From assembly GCA_017512675.1 (NCBI GenBank), contig JAFWEY010000198.1, positions 1,803-65,802 of the forward strand: a DNA stretch of 64,000 nt, given 5' to 3'. Below the pieces are notes generated by a model, which was not told the origin of the DNA, did not search any database, and worked only from the letters and a program-made list of their open reading frames with translations. Shown here one piece after another: positions 63,852-64,000 of the stretch. The position numbers were made by a program, and so were the translations under genes. Each line of letters opens with the position of its first letter. Positions within the stretch are counted from its first letter, which is position 1. The stretch is from Clostridia bacterium. Lineage in GTDB: Bacteria > Bacillota > Clostridia > Christensenellales > Aristaeellaceae.

Positions 63852-64000
63852 ACCGGCACCGTTCGAAACAGCGCGTGTTGATCGGATTTCCGAAGAATGA
63901 TATGTCTGCGCGGATGGACGCAGAGCCGCAGGATCTCCCGCCTGACCGGACCGCGGAGATTCGCTTTGGCGGCCGTCTGGCGGCTGACAGAACCTGAGAA

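Noticed and set aside
1-64000. Search for CRISPR arrays, transposases or IS ends, integrases, prophage genes, toxin-antitoxin pairs and known defence-system genes.
   Set aside because: No spaced direct-repeat arrays, no terminal inverted repeats flanking ORFs and no nuclease, methylase, helicase or defence-type domains were seen in any translation. The window looks like core chromosome plus metabolic islands.

Overview
64-kb chromosomal segment of a high-GC Firmicutes/Clostridia-type genome (taxon is inference from gene content and motifs) that spans the dnaA-dnaN origin region. All protein assignments come from reading the supplied translations and my own translation of raw sequence, compared with family motifs from memory; no searches were run. 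(1) 1-17.4 kb: almost entirely minus-strand housekeeping genes (lepB, DUF951, mnmE, dnaN, dnaA, then GtrA-like, recO, era, ftsY, smc, rnc, acpP, plsX, CvpA-like). DnaA-box clusters lie on both sides of dnaA. Two perfect tandem parS sites sit exactly where gene orientation flips to the plus strand (17.4 kb). (2) 17.5-25.6 kb: M16 and M32 peptidases, small membrane and secreted proteins, a PHP phosphatase. (3) 25.8-50.9 kb: a carbohydrate-catabolic island. It holds two LacI regulators, two kinase-DeoC modules, KDG kinase/KDPG aldolase, a ribose-type ABC transporter, several dehydrogenases, a cupin, an MBL-fold hydrolase and a four-gene E1a/E1b/E2/E3 dehydrogenase complex. Two genes in this island carry in-frame TAG codons. 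(4) 51.3-57.2 kb: a LarA homologue next to an operon I cannot match to any described pathway (FadR-type GntR regulator, extended transaldolase/FSA-family protein, SucC-like and SucD-like CoA-ligase subunits). This is the best candidate here for undescribed biology. (5) 57.3-64 kb: M29 aminopeptidase, htpG preceded by a CIRCE variant, and metQNI behind a long unclassified leader. I saw no rRNA/tRNA genes, CRISPR arrays, transposases, prophage genes or recognisable defence systems. The many long antisense ORFs in the track are treated as high-GC mirror artefacts.
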